A stretch of 64,000 nucleotides of DNA from Candidatus Latescibacterota bacterium (GCA_965217865.1 CBDCJO010000002.1:2144001-2208000), one strand, 5' to 3'; numbered from the stretch's first letter, positions 28,972-40,276 are shown. The notes: generated by a model from the letters alone, not told the origin. A program made the numbers and translations.

Positions 28972-30102
28972 TCATCCCCGCTGATCGATAGGGATGTACG
29001 GGACCGAGTGAGGCCCTGTATACTCCCCCAGGGGACGAATCAGTCGGTTATCCGCATACTGCTCCAGGACGTGGCCCGTCCATCCCACAATCCTGCTCAA
29101 TGCGAAGACCGGGGTAAACAGATCTGTTGGAATGCCTATATAATAGTAGACCGAAGCTGAATAGAAATCAACATTGGCACAAATTCCTCGATCCACCATC
29201 CCCCTCGCGACCATCACCTCCTCGATCCTTCTGGATATCTCGTACCATTTAGGCTCACCGGACCGCTGGCCAAGTTCTTTGGAAAACTTCCTGAGATGTG
29301 TTGCCCGAGGATCCTCAGTCTTATAGACACGATGTCCGAATCCCGGGACCTTTTCCTTCCGGGAAATCATCCCTTCGATATACGCCTCAACCCGCTCGGG
29401 CGAGCCGATCGCCGACAGCAATTTAATCACCTGCTGGTTGGCGCCGCCGTGAAGGGGGCCTTTAAGCGCGCAGATGGCCGAGCAGATCGCTGAATACATG
29501 TCGGACATGGTCGCTGCGGTCACCCGTCCCGCAAAAGTAGAGGCGTTAAACTCGTGGTCTGCGTGGAGAATCAGGCAAACATCGAAAATCTCGGCTACGC
29601 GTGGGTCCGGGATCCGGCCGGACAGAATGTAAAGAAAATTTGCGGCGTGACCCAGAGAAGAATCAAAAGGAATCGGATCTTGATGATTCCGAAGCCGGTG
29701 GTAGTCTGCTATAATCGCCGGAAACTTGGCCGTCAACCTGATGGCCTTCCTGAGATTTGCCTCCGACGAATCATCCTCCGCTTCTGGGTCGCACATCGCC
29801 AGCGTGGACACAATCGTCCGAAGTGCGGTCATGGGCGAGGCCTTCTTCGCAATCGATCTCAGAATCAATTGGACCTCCGCAGGAAGCCTGCGTTCGGGGG
29901 TCATTTTTTTGCGGAGATCCTCCAGTTTCCTTTGTGTCGGAAGAGAACCGAACCAGAGCAGATACGCCGCTTCCTCGAAGGAAGCGCTTCCCACCATTTC
30001 GTGGATGTCAATCCCCTGATATATCAAACGGCCCCGTTTTCCGTCGATCAGGCAGAGCCGGGTGGGCCCGGCGACGACATCTTCAAGTCCTCTATGCAAC
30101 AT
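28972..30102 (-). CDS. gltA: Citrate (or 2-methylcitrate) synthase
   Basis: HADHEFNAST, GPLHGGAN, GFGHRVYK..DPR, NVDFYS. Confidence 0.92.
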   Translation of the reverse strand: MLHRGLEDVVAGPTRLCLIDGKRGRLIYQGIDIHEMVGSASFEEAAYLLWFGSLPTQRKLEDLRKKMTPERRLPAEVQLILRSIAKKASPMTALRTIVSTLAMCDPEAEDDSSEANLRKAIRLTAKFPAIIADYHRLRNHQDPIPFDSSLGHAANFLYILSGRIPDPRVAEIFDVCLILHADHEFNASTFAGRVTAATMSDMYSAICSAICALKGPLHGGANQQVIKLLSAIGSPERVEAYIEGMISRKEKVPGFGHRVYKTEDPRATHLRKFSKELGQRSGEPKWYEISRRIEEVMVARGMVDRGICANVDFYSASVYYYIGIPTDLFTPVFALSRIVGWTGHVLEQYADNRLIRPLGEYTGPHSVPYIPIDQRG

Positions 30103-30544
30103 CCACGATATCCATAAGAAAGCCAAGGGCAATGGCCCGGTGCGATCCGGGATTTCAACTCTACAATCTAAGTAAAAAAAACAACGGGAACAATCATTTT
30201 CATCCCCGAGCGCTCTCGGTTGCAGGTGTGTTCACGAAGATGCATGGTGACCCCCGACAAAAAACGGCTTGCTTGTCTTTTTTGATTTTATTACCTTTTT
30301 GTGATCCGCCTGCGTCATACCCTAAATCCCCTCTGCTTCCCCCTGCGCCCTCCAGGGTCCATTCTCTGACCGATTGAGCACCAAGCCTGACCCAAACGTC
30401 CAGCGCATCCTGTCGGACGGGTAAGCGGCCTTTTGGTCGGTTGTCTATGTCTGACACGGTTCAAATCTACGGACCGACTCCGATGTCTTCCGGAATCAGG
30501 CCGAACCGTTGATCTGTTGTAAAGAAAGGCGAGGACCTTTTAAT

Positions 30545-32080
30545 TTGAAGACGGAGATCATCATCAACGTTGCGTCCAACGAGTCCCGGATCGCAATCCT
30601 TGAAGACGGAAGACTCGTGGAAATCCTGGTGGAACGGCCCGAAAATGAGAGGATGGTCGGAAACGTTTATAAGGGAGTGGTCAGTGCCGTTCTTCCAGGG
30701 ATGCAGGCTGCCTTTATCGATATCGGCCTGGAAAAAAGCGCATTTCTTCACGTTTCGGACATGGTCGATTCCCCGGGGCGCTTATTCGACGAGGATATGG
30801 ATGACGACCCTGAATTACCCTCGGGGGGACGCGGGAGTCCCCAGGTGCCCATCCAGGACGTGTTGCGTAAAGGACAGGACATCCTGGTCCAGGTCACGAA
30901 GGAACCGATCGGCACGAAGGGCCCGAGGGTAACCTCAGAACTCTCTCTGGCCGGCAGGTTTATCGTACTGGTCCCCAAAGGCGGGAAGATCGGGGTCTCA
31001 CGAAAAATCACGGACTGGGGGGAGAAACGAAGGCTAAAAGATATCGTAAAAGAGGTCAAGCCCAACGGTTACGGCCTTATCATCCGAACCGTTGCGGTGG
31101 GCCAGGAGGAGAAGGAGTTGCAGAAAGACATCAAGGTGCTTCTCCGCCTCTGGGAACGGGTCCAAAAGACCGCAAATAAATCCGCCGCACCGGCCATGAT
31201 CCACCAAGAGATGGGGATGACATCCAGCCTGATCCGGGACCTCTTCAACGACGAAGTCTCGCGGCTCGTCGTCGATTCAAGGCACGAGAACAAGCAGATC
31301 ATGGCCTATCTCAAGTCGGTCTCTCCCCACCTGCGGGAACGAGTGACCCTCTACAAGGAGAAAAAACCCATTTTCGATGCCTTTGGGATCGAAGATCAGA
31401 TCGAGAAGTGTTACGATCGAAGGGGTTGGCTAAAGGGTGGTGGCTACCTCATCATCGATCACACGGAGGCCATGGTCGCCATCGACGTAAACTCCGGAAA
31501 AAATGTCGGTAAAGACAATCAGGAGGACACCTCCCTCCGAGTGAACCTCGAGGCCGCTCGGGAGATCGCCAGGCAACTCCGGTTGCGAGACCTCGGCGGG
31601 ATCATCGTCGTGGATTTCATCGACATGGCCTCCGGCAAGAATCGTCGCCGGGTCGAAGAGGAGTTCCAGTCCGCGCTTCGAAGGGATCGTTCGAAAACCC
31701 ACGTTTCTCAGCTTAGTGAATTCGGCCTCATTGAGATGACCCGACAACGGGTCCGTCCGAGTCTCCTCTACACCTTCAGCGAACCCTGCGACCACTGCCG
31801 GGGGTTAGGAAGGGTGCAAGGCCGGGATACCACAGTGACTCGAATTGAGCGATGGCTGAAACGGTCTCGTGCGGCCTCACTCGAACGAAGGTTGACCGTC
31901 CGGGTTCATCCGGTCGTCTACGATTACCTGATGGAAAATAAAGGCGAACGATTTAAACTCATGCGGAAGGCCACTCGGGTCTGGCTTGCCGTAGAAAGCG
32001 ACCCCACACTGGCCATCGACGACTACCGGATCTACTCCCGGAAACGGGGGATGGATATCACGGATGAGTTTAAAACTTAG
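30545..32080 (+). CDS. rng: Ribonuclease G/E family
   Basis: GNVYKG, AAFIDIG, KEPIGTKGPR, IDVNSG, DFIDM, C-x2-C. Confidence 0.95.
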   Translation: MKTEIIINVASNESRIAILEDGRLVEILVERPENERMVGNVYKGVVSAVLPGMQAAFIDIGLEKSAFLHVSDMVDSPGRLFDEDMDDDPELPSGGRGSPQVPIQDVLRKGQDILVQVTKEPIGTKGPRVTSELSLAGRFIVLVPKGGKIGVSRKITDWGEKRRLKDIVKEVKPNGYGLIIRTVAVGQEEKELQKDIKVLLRLWERVQKTANKSAAPAMIHQEMGMTSSLIRDLFNDEVSRLVVDSRHENKQIMAYLKSVSPHLRERVTLYKEKKPIFDAFGIEDQIEKCYDRRGWLKGGGYLIIDHTEAMVAIDVNSGKNVGKDNQEDTSLRVNLEAAREIARQLRLRDLGGIIVVDFIDMASGKNRRRVEEEFQSALRRDRSKTHVSQLSEFGLIEMTRQRVRPSLLYTFSEPCDHCRGLGRVQGRDTTVTRIERWLKRSRAASLERRLTVRVHPVVYDYLMENKGERFKLMRKATRVWLAVESDPTLAIDDYRIYSRKRGMDITDEFKT

Positions 32081-32134
32081 AGTAAAAGAACGGATTAAAA
32101 GAACCCAAGATCAAATAAAAACGAGGGAGGAACG

Positions 32135-32485
32135 ATGTACGCAATCATCCGGGTAGCAGGTTCGCAGCTCCGGGTTCAGGAAGGAGATCATATCCAGGTG
32201 CCCCGCCTCGATGAAGAGCCGGGATCGCAGATTCAGATTCCTGATGTCCTTCTCGTTTCTGATGAGGGGAAGGTTTCAATCGGTAGCCCGACAGTGGCCG
32301 GCGCTACGGTCGAAGCCCTCGTGGCCTCACACGGACTCGGAGACAAGGTGACGGTCTTTAAAATGAAACGCCGAAAAAACTACAGGCGGAAGCGGGGCCA
32401 CCGCCAACCCTTCACAGAACTTGAAATTCAGAAAATCTCAACATCCACCGAGCAAATCCAGAACGACACGCCCAAAGAGGAATAA
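32135..32485 (+). CDS. rplU: 50S ribosomal protein L21
   Basis: [19 protein letters not shown]. Confidence 0.97.
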   Translation: MYAIIRVAGSQLRVQEGDHIQVPRLDEEPGSQIQIPDVLLVSDEGKVSIGSPTVAGATVEALVASHGLGDKVTVFKMKRRKNYRRKRGHRQPFTELEIQKISTSTEQIQNDTPKEE

Positions 32486-32487
32486 CA

Positions 32488-32739
32488 ATGGCACATAAAA
32501 AAGGTGTTGGAAGCTCCCGGAACGGGCGGGATAGCCGGGCGCAAAGGTTAGGTGTCAAACGGTTTGGGGGAGAGCGAGTCACCGCGGGGAACATCCTCGT
32601 CCGGCAGCGTGGAACCCGGATCTATCCTGGGAACAACGTAAAACGGGGAGGCGATGACACCCTGTTCGCGCTCATCGACGGGATGGTCAAATTTGAACGA
32701 TACGGCAAAAACAAGAAGAAAGTCAGTGTATACGACTGA
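32488..32739 (+). CDS. rpmA: 50S ribosomal protein L27
   Basis: [16 protein letters not shown]. Confidence 0.98.
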   Translation: MAHKKGVGSSRNGRDSRAQRLGVKRFGGERVTAGNILVRQRGTRIYPGNNVKRGGDDTLFALIDGMVKFERYGKNKKKVSVYD

Positions 32740-32790
32740 TCTCTAGAATCTAGATGGCCGTGCGGTTTGTTCGAACCCCGGGAGTACCCA

Positions 32791-33714
32791 TTGAAAATTG
32801 CCGTTATCGGGGCAGGAAACGTAGGGGCCTCAACAGCACAAAGGATCGCTGAGAGGGAGTTGGCCCAAGAGGTCCTTTTGATCGACGTTGTCGAAGGTAT
32901 TCCCCAGGGAAAAGGCCTTGACCTTGCTCAGTCCGGACCTGTGCAACGGTTTGACAGCAGGGTGATCGGGACAAACGACCTCACGGCCACCGCGGGCGCG
33001 GATCTGGTCATCGTAACTGCCGGGATTGCTCGAAAACCGGGCATGAGCCGGGATGACCTGACTTCGACCAACGCCAACATCGTTCGTTCTGTCTGTTCGG
33101 AAGCTGCTCGGGTCGCCCCGAATGCGATATTCCTTATCGTCACGAACCCCCTGGACGTCATGTGCGCGGTGGCCTTGAAGGCCACGGGGATCGATCCCGC
33201 CCGAGTGGTGGGCATGGCGGGAATCCTAGACACCGCTAGATTTCGCACCTTCGTTGCTATGGAAATCGGGGTCTCCGTCGAAGACGTGACCGCCCTGGTC
33301 CTGGGCGGACACGGAGATGCGATGGTCCCGCTTCCACGTTGTTCCTCGGTCGGGGGAATCCCATTGGCCGAACTGTTGCCAAAAGAGAAGATCGACAAAA
33401 TCGTCCAGCGGACCCGGGACGGGGGCGCAGAGATCGTGGGCTTCCTGAAGACCGGAAGCGCCTATTACGCGCCGTCGGCGGCCATAGCGGAAATGGCCGC
33501 CGCCATCCTTTTAAACAAACGTCGCGTCCTGCCGTGTTCCGCGTGGCTGACCGGACAATACGGCCTTCGTGAACTTTACCTTGGCGTTCCCGTGAAACTC
33601 GGGGCCGGGGGCGTCGTGGAAATTATCGAGATAAACCTCCACCCTGCGGAAGAGGAGGCCCTTGCACGCTCCGCAGAGGAGGTCCGAACCAGTATCGCGC
33701 GACTCTCAATTTAA
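32791..33714 (+). CDS. mdh: Malate dehydrogenase (LDH-like)
   Basis: [30 protein letters not shown]. Confidence 0.95.
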   Translation: MKIAVIGAGNVGASTAQRIAERELAQEVLLIDVVEGIPQGKGLDLAQSGPVQRFDSRVIGTNDLTATAGADLVIVTAGIARKPGMSRDDLTSTNANIVRSVCSEAARVAPNAIFLIVTNPLDVMCAVALKATGIDPARVVGMAGILDTARFRTFVAMEIGVSVEDVTALVLGGHGDAMVPLPRCSSVGGIPLAELLPKEKIDKIVQRTRDGGAEIVGFLKTGSAYYAPSAAIAEMAAAILLNKRRVLPCSAWLTGQYGLRELYLGVPVKLGAGGVVEIIEINLHPAEEEALARSAEEVRTSIARLSI

Positions 33715-33735
33715 AACTGCGTTTCTAATCCTCCT

Positions 33736-33762
33736 AAAGGGTCGCCGTGAGACGACCCCTTT
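33736..33762 (+). terminator. Intrinsic terminator after mdh
   Basis: AAAGGGTCG-loop-CGACCCCTTTT. Confidence 0.75.
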
Positions 33763-33863
33763 TGTTTGGCTTCAATTCCCGATCCGTTGTTCTCTTAGCC
33801 CGTAACCTTTCTCCATAATATGGTCCGACGGGAGGGCACCGGGGAACACCAGGAGAGATCAAA

Positions 33864-34385
33864 ATGGCCGATGAGGAAACCGAGGAGGCTCAACCAGAAC
33901 AAAAAAAAGGGGGCCTTCCCCTCTTCTCGATCATCGCGGTGGTTGCGGTTCTCATTTTGGCCGCGGTATATTTCTTCTTTTTTCGTTCCGACCCATCCGA
34001 GGATGAAGAGATAGCCGAAAAAAGACCGAAACTAGTGGAGCCCGAAATAGTCTATGAAGATATCGAATCCCTTATCCTGAACCCGAAAGGCGCTGGTTTC
34101 AAAAGGTTTTTAACAATAAAGATCGAGCTCCTCGTAGCCGATCGAGAAACCCTGGAGAAACTGGAGGCAGAGCCCATTTTTAAGACTCAGATCACAGATA
34201 TCCTGGTTGAACTTCTGAGCGATAAAACCGTCGACCAACTGGAGGCCCCCAGCGCAAAAGACGACATCAAAGGTGAATTATTGCCGCGATTAAACAACCT
34301 GCTTGGACCTCATTTCCTGAAAGAAAAGGAGATGGTCTCCGAGGCGGTTAAGGATATCTATTATGTAAAGTTCCTGATTCAATAA
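33864..34385 (+). CDS. fliL: Flagellar basal body-associated protein FliL
   Basis: N-terminal TM, LILNPKG..RFL, D.L..LLS.KT, VKDIYYVKFLIQ C-terminus. Confidence 0.88.
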   Translation: MADEETEEAQPEQKKGGLPLFSIIAVVAVLILAAVYFFFFRSDPSEDEEIAEKRPKLVEPEIVYEDIESLILNPKGAGFKRFLTIKIELLVADRETLEKLEAEPIFKTQITDILVELLSDKTVDQLEAPSAKDDIKGELLPRLNNLLGPHFLKEKEMVSEAVKDIYYVKFLIQ

Positions 34386-34755
34386 TTCTGGGGGATTTCA
34401 GGACACGGGTGGTGGACCGGTGAGCCAAACGAGGAAAGTGATCGAAAGAAGCCATGGCCATTCGAGGAAGGAAATGGATATCGGTTTAGCAAAAAAAGTA
34501 GCGTGCCTTTCATCCTGATCGGCACGCTCTGATGGATTGAGGGAACAATGCGCTGTGTCAGTTCGCTTCGTCTCTCATCCTCCATATCGGCCCTGTCTAG
34601 GAATCCCTTTGTGATCCCGGTCACGTCAAAATGGGTTTCCCTTGGATCAACACACTCAAATGATTCCTGTCGCGGCTACTGCGTCTCCGGTCTGCCGTTA
34701 AATTTGCATTTTGCATTTTTCACCTTGCAATTTCCTCCAGCCTTATCCTGTCCCT

Positions 34756-35505
34756 CTAATAAGATGCCCTTCCCCCGCTGAGGTCGTAACACTGGCCTGT
34801 GACAAACGCCGCCTCCTCCGAAACGAGAAAATTGACCAGGTTTGCCACCTCTTCCGGTTTGCCGAACCGGCCCATCGGAACTTTGCTTCTCATATACGCG
34901 ACCGACTCGGACGAAACCTGCTTAAGAATCTCCGTTTCGATCACAGCCGGGGCTACGCAGTTTACGTTTATCCCCACTGTTGCCACCTCACGGGCAAGGG
35001 CCTTCGTAAGACAGATGACCCCCGCTTTTGCCGTGGAGTAGGGGATCATATTCGGATTTCCCTCCTTCCCCGCAATCGAAGCGATGGAGACGATCTTTCC
35101 GGAATTTTGCTCAATCATGTGCGGGATAACCGCCCGGCAACAGAGGAAAACACCTTTAAAGTTGACGGCCATCAGACCGTCCCAATCCGCCTCCGTCACC
35201 TCCTGGATTGGCGCCGTTCGGCCCCCAACCCCCGCATTGTTGACCAGAATGTCGATGCGCCCAAAGGTATCCAGGGTCTTTTGTACCATGGCCTCCACTT
35301 CCCCGCTTACCGAAACATCGGTTCGGTGGGGAAACGCCTTTCGGCCCAGACGACGGATTTCATCCGCGGTCTTTTCCGATCCTGATAGTGCCAGATCCGC
35401 AATGGTGACGTGTGCCCCGGATTGAGCAAGGCGGATCGCGATGGCTCTTCCGATACCCCTGGCGGACCCGGTGACAATCGCGGTCTTATCATCAAGGCGT
35501 AACAT
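34756..35505 (-). CDS. SDR family oxidoreductase (FabG-like)
   Basis: TGSARGIG, NNAG, YSTAK. Confidence 0.93.
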   Translation of the reverse strand: MLRLDDKTAIVTGSARGIGRAIAIRLAQSGAHVTIADLALSGSEKTADEIRRLGRKAFPHRTDVSVSGEVEAMVQKTLDTFGRIDILVNNAGVGGRTAPIQEVTEADWDGLMAVNFKGVFLCCRAVIPHMIEQNSGKIVSIASIAGKEGNPNMIPYSTAKAGVICLTKALAREVATVGINVNCVAPAVIETEILKQVSSESVAYMRSKVPMGRFGKPEEVANLVNFLVSEEAAFVTGQCYDLSGGRASY

Positions 35506-35630
35506 AGGGGAACTCCTTAAAGAATTCAGTATTATAAACAGGGCTTGGCCTGCCGAAAGCGTGAGAGATAAAGATGCAACTAATGGTCCGAAGATCTCAG
35601 TCCCTTTTTCCGGATCGGCTACGATTCCGT

Positions 35631-35659
35631 TTGACAAAACCTCAGGGATCGGGTATCAT
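35631..35659 (+). promoter_or_regulatory. sigma70 promoter of thiS-thiG
   Basis: TTGACA-17 bp-TATCAT. Confidence 0.6.
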
Positions 35660-35706
35660 TCAAAAAAACACGAATGGACCGATTCTTGCATTCCCCTGGT
35701 TGATTT

Positions 35707-35937
35707 ATGTCTGCCGACGGCAACCCAAAGCCAGAGTTAAAAATCACCATAAATGGAGAAGAAAAAACCCTTTCGGCTGAATTGAGCGTCTTGGATCTTC
35801 TGAAAAGTCTGAACGTTCCTCAGGTTGGAATCGCGGTGGCAGTTAATTTTGAGGTCATCAAAAAGCAGAGCCTTGGGTCCACGCATATTCACGAGGGTGA
35901 CAGGGTGGAAATTATCCGTGCAGTACAGGGCGGATGA
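35707..35937 (+). CDS. thiS: Sulfur carrier protein ThiS
   Basis: I.INGE, AVAVN, C-terminal VQGG. Confidence 0.95.
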   Translation: MSADGNPKPELKITINGEEKTLSAELSVLDLLKSLNVPQVGIAVAVNFEVIKKQSLGSTHIHEGDRVEIIRAVQGG

Positions 35938-36743
35938 TGGTTGAAAGGAGAGAAACGGCGATGGATGACGGGTTTGTCCTTGGGGAGAGGACCTTCAGAT
36001 CCAGGCTCATCTTGGGAACCGGGAAGGGTGTACCATTCCCGGATGTGGGGAAAATTGTCGAACAGAGCGGCGCAGAGATCGTCACGGTGGCTGTGCGGCG
36101 GGTGAACCTGAACGATACATCGGAAAATTCCCTTCTGCGTCACGTAGATCCCCAAAAGGTTGCCTATCTCCCAAACACCGCAGGTTGCTATACGGCTAAC
36201 GACGCCGTGCTGACGTGCGAATTGGCTCGTGAGGCCCTTGACACCAATTTCGTTAAGCTAGAAGTGATCGGAGATCCGAAAACCCTCTTTCCTGACACGG
36301 CCGAACTGGTCGTTGCAGCTAAGGAACTTGTTGCCAAGGGGTTTATCGTCCTTCCCTACACCAACGACGACCCGGTTGTTGCAAAAAGACTTGAGGATGT
36401 CGGCTGCGCGGCCGTGATGCCCCTCGGTGCTCCCATCGGATCTGGACTCGGCATCAGAAACCCCCACAATATAGGGATTATTCTGGAGTCCGCAAAAATT
36501 CCGGTGATCGTCGATGCTGGAGTGGGCACCGCATCGGATGCTTCGTTCGCGATGGAGATGGGCTGCGATGCCGTTCTGATGAACACGGGCATCTACGGGG
36601 CCAAAGTTCCATTGAAAATGGCGGCCGCGATGCGCCACGCCATAGAAGCCGGCCGACTGGCCTATCTGGCGGGTCGCATCCCGAAGAAAAGCTATGCAAC
36701 CGCTTCCAGTCCTTTAGAAGAGTTGGTCGAACCCGTTTCGTGA
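35934..36743 (+). CDS. thiG: Thiazole synthase
   Basis: [33 protein letters not shown]. Confidence 0.97.
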   Translation: MMVERRETAMDDGFVLGERTFRSRLILGTGKGVPFPDVGKIVEQSGAEIVTVAVRRVNLNDTSENSLLRHVDPQKVAYLPNTAGCYTANDAVLTCELAREALDTNFVKLEVIGDPKTLFPDTAELVVAAKELVAKGFIVLPYTNDDPVVAKRLEDVGCAAVMPLGAPIGSGLGIRNPHNIGIILESAKIPVIVDAGVGTASDASFAMEMGCDAVLMNTGIYGAKVPLKMAAAMRHAIEAGRLAYLAGRIPKKSYATASSPLEELVEPVS

Positions 36744-36813
36744 ACCCCCTATTGGTTCAGGCCCTGGTTTCCAGCGGACCGATGGGGGTTTATTTTCGTA
36801 CCTCGGAGATCGC

Positions 36814-37923
36814 GTGATCCCTTTGTTCAAACCCTCCTTGGGAAAAGAGGAACTCGAAGCCCTTAGAGAGGTGTTCGAAACCGGATGGCTGGGCCTTGGA
36901 CCCAAGACCGCCGAATTCGAAAGGAAATTTGCAGACTTTGTCGGAGCAAAGCACGCGATCGGTCTGAATTCCTGTACGGCTGCCCTCCAATTGAGTCTCG
37001 GCCTCCTCGGTATTCAGCCGGGAGACGAGGTGATCGTCCCCACCCTGACCTTTATCGCCACACCACACGCGGTTTCCTTTTGGGGAGCCAAGCCGGTCTT
37101 CGCAGATGTCAGCCCGGATACCCTTTGTATAGATGTAAAAGACTTCCAAAAAAAAATCACCGGCCGAACCCGGGCCGTACTCCCGGTTCATTATGCAGGC
37201 CATCCCTGTGACCTGGACGAAATAGAACCCCTCGCCGCAGCTCGCGGGATCACCGTGATCGAGGACGCCGCCCACGCCTGCGGGGCCGGTTACAAGGGAA
37301 GGATGATCGGTTCCCTCTCCGCTTTAACCTGTTTCAGTTTCCACGCGGTTAAGAATCTCAGCTGCGGCGATGGGGGCATGGTCACCACAAACGACGATAC
37401 CTATGCGGAGCGACTCAGGGAGAACCGGTGGTTGGGAATCTCGAAGAACACCTGGCAGCGTATGGAGGGAACCACCTACCAGTGGCAATACTCGGTGAAC
37501 GACTTCGGTTTCAAAGCACACCTTAATGATATCGCGGCGGCGATCGGCCTCGCACAACTTGAAAAGCTCAATGCTGCCAACAGGCGGCGGCAGGAGATCG
37601 TCGACCGCTACAATCGAGGTTTCCTGGGCATCGACTGGATCGAAACACCACCTGAGCGAGTCGAAGTGCAAAACTCGTGGCACATATATCATATCCAGGT
37701 GGATGATCGGGATGGGCTTCATGCGCACCTGAACGATCGCGAAATCGTCTCAGGCGTTCACTATTATCCGAGTCATCTTCAACCCTATTACCAAGAAAAC
37801 GGGGCCACTTGCCCTGTTGCAGAGGTCGTCTGGAAGCGTATTTTGTCTTTGCCTTTGTTTCCGGATATGACCGACGACCAGACCGACTCTGTCATCGAAG
37901 CGGTATTATCGTTCAAAGCGTAA
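36814..37923 (+). CDS. DegT/DnrJ/EryC1/StrS sugar aminotransferase
   Basis: NSCTAAL, IEDAAHA, FSFHAVKNL..GDGG. Confidence 0.93.
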   Translation: MIPLFKPSLGKEELEALREVFETGWLGLGPKTAEFERKFADFVGAKHAIGLNSCTAALQLSLGLLGIQPGDEVIVPTLTFIATPHAVSFWGAKPVFADVSPDTLCIDVKDFQKKITGRTRAVLPVHYAGHPCDLDEIEPLAAARGITVIEDAAHACGAGYKGRMIGSLSALTCFSFHAVKNLSCGDGGMVTTNDDTYAERLRENRWLGISKNTWQRMEGTTYQWQYSVNDFGFKAHLNDIAAAIGLAQLEKLNAANRRRQEIVDRYNRGFLGIDWIETPPERVEVQNSWHIYHIQVDDRDGLHAHLNDREIVSGVHYYPSHLQPYYQENGATCPVAEVVWKRILSLPLFPDMTDDQTDSVIEAVLSFKA

Positions 37924-38056
37924 AAACCGCACCTTCAAAATCTTCAAAAATCGGGGATCATATCCTCGCTTAGACCCTTTGTTCAATTTGCTAAAGTTAA
38001 AAAAAACCCGAACGCCTGCCGACGTTCGAGCACAAGGATGAAATTTCCGAAGAAAA

Positions 38057-38133
38057 TGGCGGGGTAGACGGGACTCGAACCCGCGACCTTCGGCGTGACA
38101 GGCCGACACTCTAACCATCTGAGCTACTACCCC
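38057..38133 (-). tRNA. tRNA-Asp (GTC)
   Basis: GGGGTAGTAGCTCAGATGGTTAGAGTGTCGGCCT-GTC-ACGCCGA..GGTTCGAGTCCC..CTACCCCGCCA; TTGACA-17-TATATT promoter at 38146-38174. Confidence 0.96.
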
Positions 38134-38413
38134 GTATGAGGGTTGAATATAGGGCTATGGGGGGGGAGTGTCAAGGTCAAAGTGGGGTGGAAGTATTTTC
38201 CCAAAATGCATCGGATATGGAAAATATGTCCTTCCCCACCCTTGATTTCTAGGTCGGCCTATCCTATATTTAAGCTCGTCAATCTATGCGGGTTAAGTGC
38301 CGGTTCTGTGCGAAGAGGCATCGAATTTGCGGTGTGATCGATTAACCGGCCTGTCTCATAAACATCAATACGAGTCTAGGCAGTTCCTTCGGCCTTGACC
38401 GAACGCAATCCAT

Positions 38414-38953
38414 ATGGCGGGTGAACACATCCTCATTGTTGACGATGACCCGTTCACGGTTGAACTCCTCACCGAAGCGTTGGATGAGCAGGGTTTTCTC
38501 CCGCAATCCGCACCCGATGGAAAGGGTGCTAGGGAGGCCTTAAATCGAAGGGAATTTCGCGTCGCAATCTTCGATCTGAGCCTACCGGACCTGGAAGGTA
38601 TGGAGCTTGTTCGAGAGGTCAACCAATCATCCCCTGATACCGCAATCATCATTTTGACAGGGTATCCAACCCTCGAGTCATCCATCGAGGCCCTTCGACA
38701 GGGGGCCTTCGACTACCTGATCAAACCCTTCAAGGTCCCCGAAGTGATCGCAACGATCCAGAAGGCCTTAAACGACCATTCGCTAAAGGCCGAGATAACT
38801 GGGTTACGGAGTCGTGTTCGGGAGCTGGAACAGGAACTTCGACGATATCAAGAGGGGGCTCCCATGCCTCCACCGGGACGCCCTGCAGGACCAGGTGCAT
38901 CCCCTGCCGCCGGTGGATACGGAGGCTTTCCTCGGGGCCCCAGGACAGGATGA
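38414..38953 (+). CDS. Response regulator (receiver plus coiled coil)
   Basis: ILIVDDD, DLSLPD, LTG, YLIKPF. Confidence 0.92.
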   Translation: MAGEHILIVDDDPFTVELLTEALDEQGFLPQSAPDGKGAREALNRREFRVAIFDLSLPDLEGMELVREVNQSSPDTAIIILTGYPTLESSIEALRQGAFDYLIKPFKVPEVIATIQKALNDHSLKAEITGLRSRVRELEQELRRYQEGAPMPPPGRPAGPGASPAAGGYGGFPRGPRTG

Positions 38954-40263
38954 TGCCAAAACCCACGAAACGAAATCCCCGCCCAGAATCCGATTTCCCT
39001 GCTGCCCTTCTTTCCCTGTGCGAAGACATATGCGCCTGTCAGGATGAACTCCGTCGGGGCGCCTCTGAGATTCGCCCTTATTTGACCAACGGCTCAGATG
39101 CCCACCGCTTGTCTCCTATGCTAAAAAAACAGGAAGAAAGTGCAGCAAGGCTGCAAAAGCTCGTGGGCACGCTTAGAACGGCCATCGACGAGGCCGAGAT
39201 CGACCCTCGTCGGAGAAGCGAGCTCAGAGAAGCGATCGAGTCGCTAAAGAATCGTCTTGGCGACCTGGCCGGTGAAACAGAGGCCGATTACGCCCTCCTC
39301 TCCCGGAAAGGTATGCGGATCCCGGGGTTAGGGGGCGCCCCATCCCCTCGAGAGCATTCAAGAGTTGACATGAAACGGCCCCTCCGTTTCGATGCGGACG
39401 CCTCACAAAGCCAACTCCAGAGGCTTCAGGATAACCTCCGGGAGCTCGAACAGAAAGTAGAGCAGACCGATCTTGAACTCCAGCGAAGCCAGGAGGAAAA
39501 GGCACGCCTGGAGGAGGCACTCGAACGGAAGAACACCCTGGCTGCACTCGGGCAGATGGCTGCAACCGTAGCGCACGAGATTCGAAACCCTTTAGGGGGG
39601 ATTGCGGGATTCGCCGGTCTATTGGAGAGAGAGCTTCCCCCAAATGACCCCAAGCGGCCGTGGGTCAAGAAGATTATCGAGGGGGTATCCAGCCTCAACA
39701 CGATCGTGACCGGGCTTCTAAATTATACGCGTCCTTGCCGGCTGAATGCCTACCCCAACGATTTGGTCAGACTGGTTGAGGAAACGGCATCTTTCCTGGA
39801 GATCGACCTGGGTCGACGGGAAGGGCTGGATATCTCGGTCGATCGATTCTTCGAAGTCCCCACCCTCTCCTGCCTGGTCGATCCAGAACAGATGCAACAG
39901 GTTTTTTTGAACCTCCTTCAGAATGCCGTGCAGGCGATGCCCGGAGGGGGAACCGTTACGGTTCGAGTATCCTCTACAAACACCTCAAATTCCGAGCAAG
40001 TGCCCGCGGACCCAAAACAGGAAGAAAACGGGTGGCTGGAAGTCGCGATATCCGATACGGGCGAGGGAATGCAAGATGAAGTTCAAAATCAACTTTTCAC
40101 CCCGTTTTTTACAACAAAAGAGAACGGGACGGGTTTGGGCTTGGCTATCGCTCGGAAGATCGTCGAGGCACACCGGGGAAGGATCGGTGTCAAAAGTGAG
40201 GTCGGACACAGGGGAGCACCTTTATCGTGTCGATCCCGAAAGGATCGGAAGGTAACAACATAA
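38950..40263 (+). CDS. Soluble sensor histidine kinase (FlgS/FleS-like), N-terminally fused to a coiled-coil ORF, C-terminal frameshift
   Basis: AHEIRNPL, NLLQNA, DTGEG, FFTTK..GTGLGL; final strand GSTFIVSIP is out of frame after CACA at ~40207. Confidence 0.8.
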   Translation: MMPKPTKRNPRPESDFPAALLSLCEDICACQDELRRGASEIRPYLTNGSDAHRLSPMLKKQEESAARLQKLVGTLRTAIDEAEIDPRRRSELREAIESLKNRLGDLAGETEADYALLSRKGMRIPGLGGAPSPREHSRVDMKRPLRFDADASQSQLQRLQDNLRELEQKVEQTDLELQRSQEEKARLEEALERKNTLAALGQMAATVAHEIRNPLGGIAGFAGLLERELPPNDPKRPWVKKIIEGVSSLNTIVTGLLNYTRPCRLNAYPNDLVRLVEETASFLEIDLGRREGLDISVDRFFEVPTLSCLVDPEQMQQVFLNLLQNAVQAMPGGGTVTVRVSSTNTSNSEQVPADPKQEENGWLEVAISDTGEGMQDEVQNQLFTPFFTTKENGTGLGLAIARKIVEAHRGRIGVKSEVGHRGAPLSCRSRKDRKVTT

Positions 40264-40276
40264 TTTCATCCACAGG

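Noticed and set aside
34386-34700. Intergenic region after fliL with AGCGTGCC/GGCACGCT hairpin as ncRNA or gene
   Set aside because: One 8-bp stem only; no recognisable RNA family or credible ORF.
35506-35706. TPP riboswitch upstream of thiS-thiG
   Set aside because: No CTGAGA core and only ~47 nt between the predicted promoter and the start codon.
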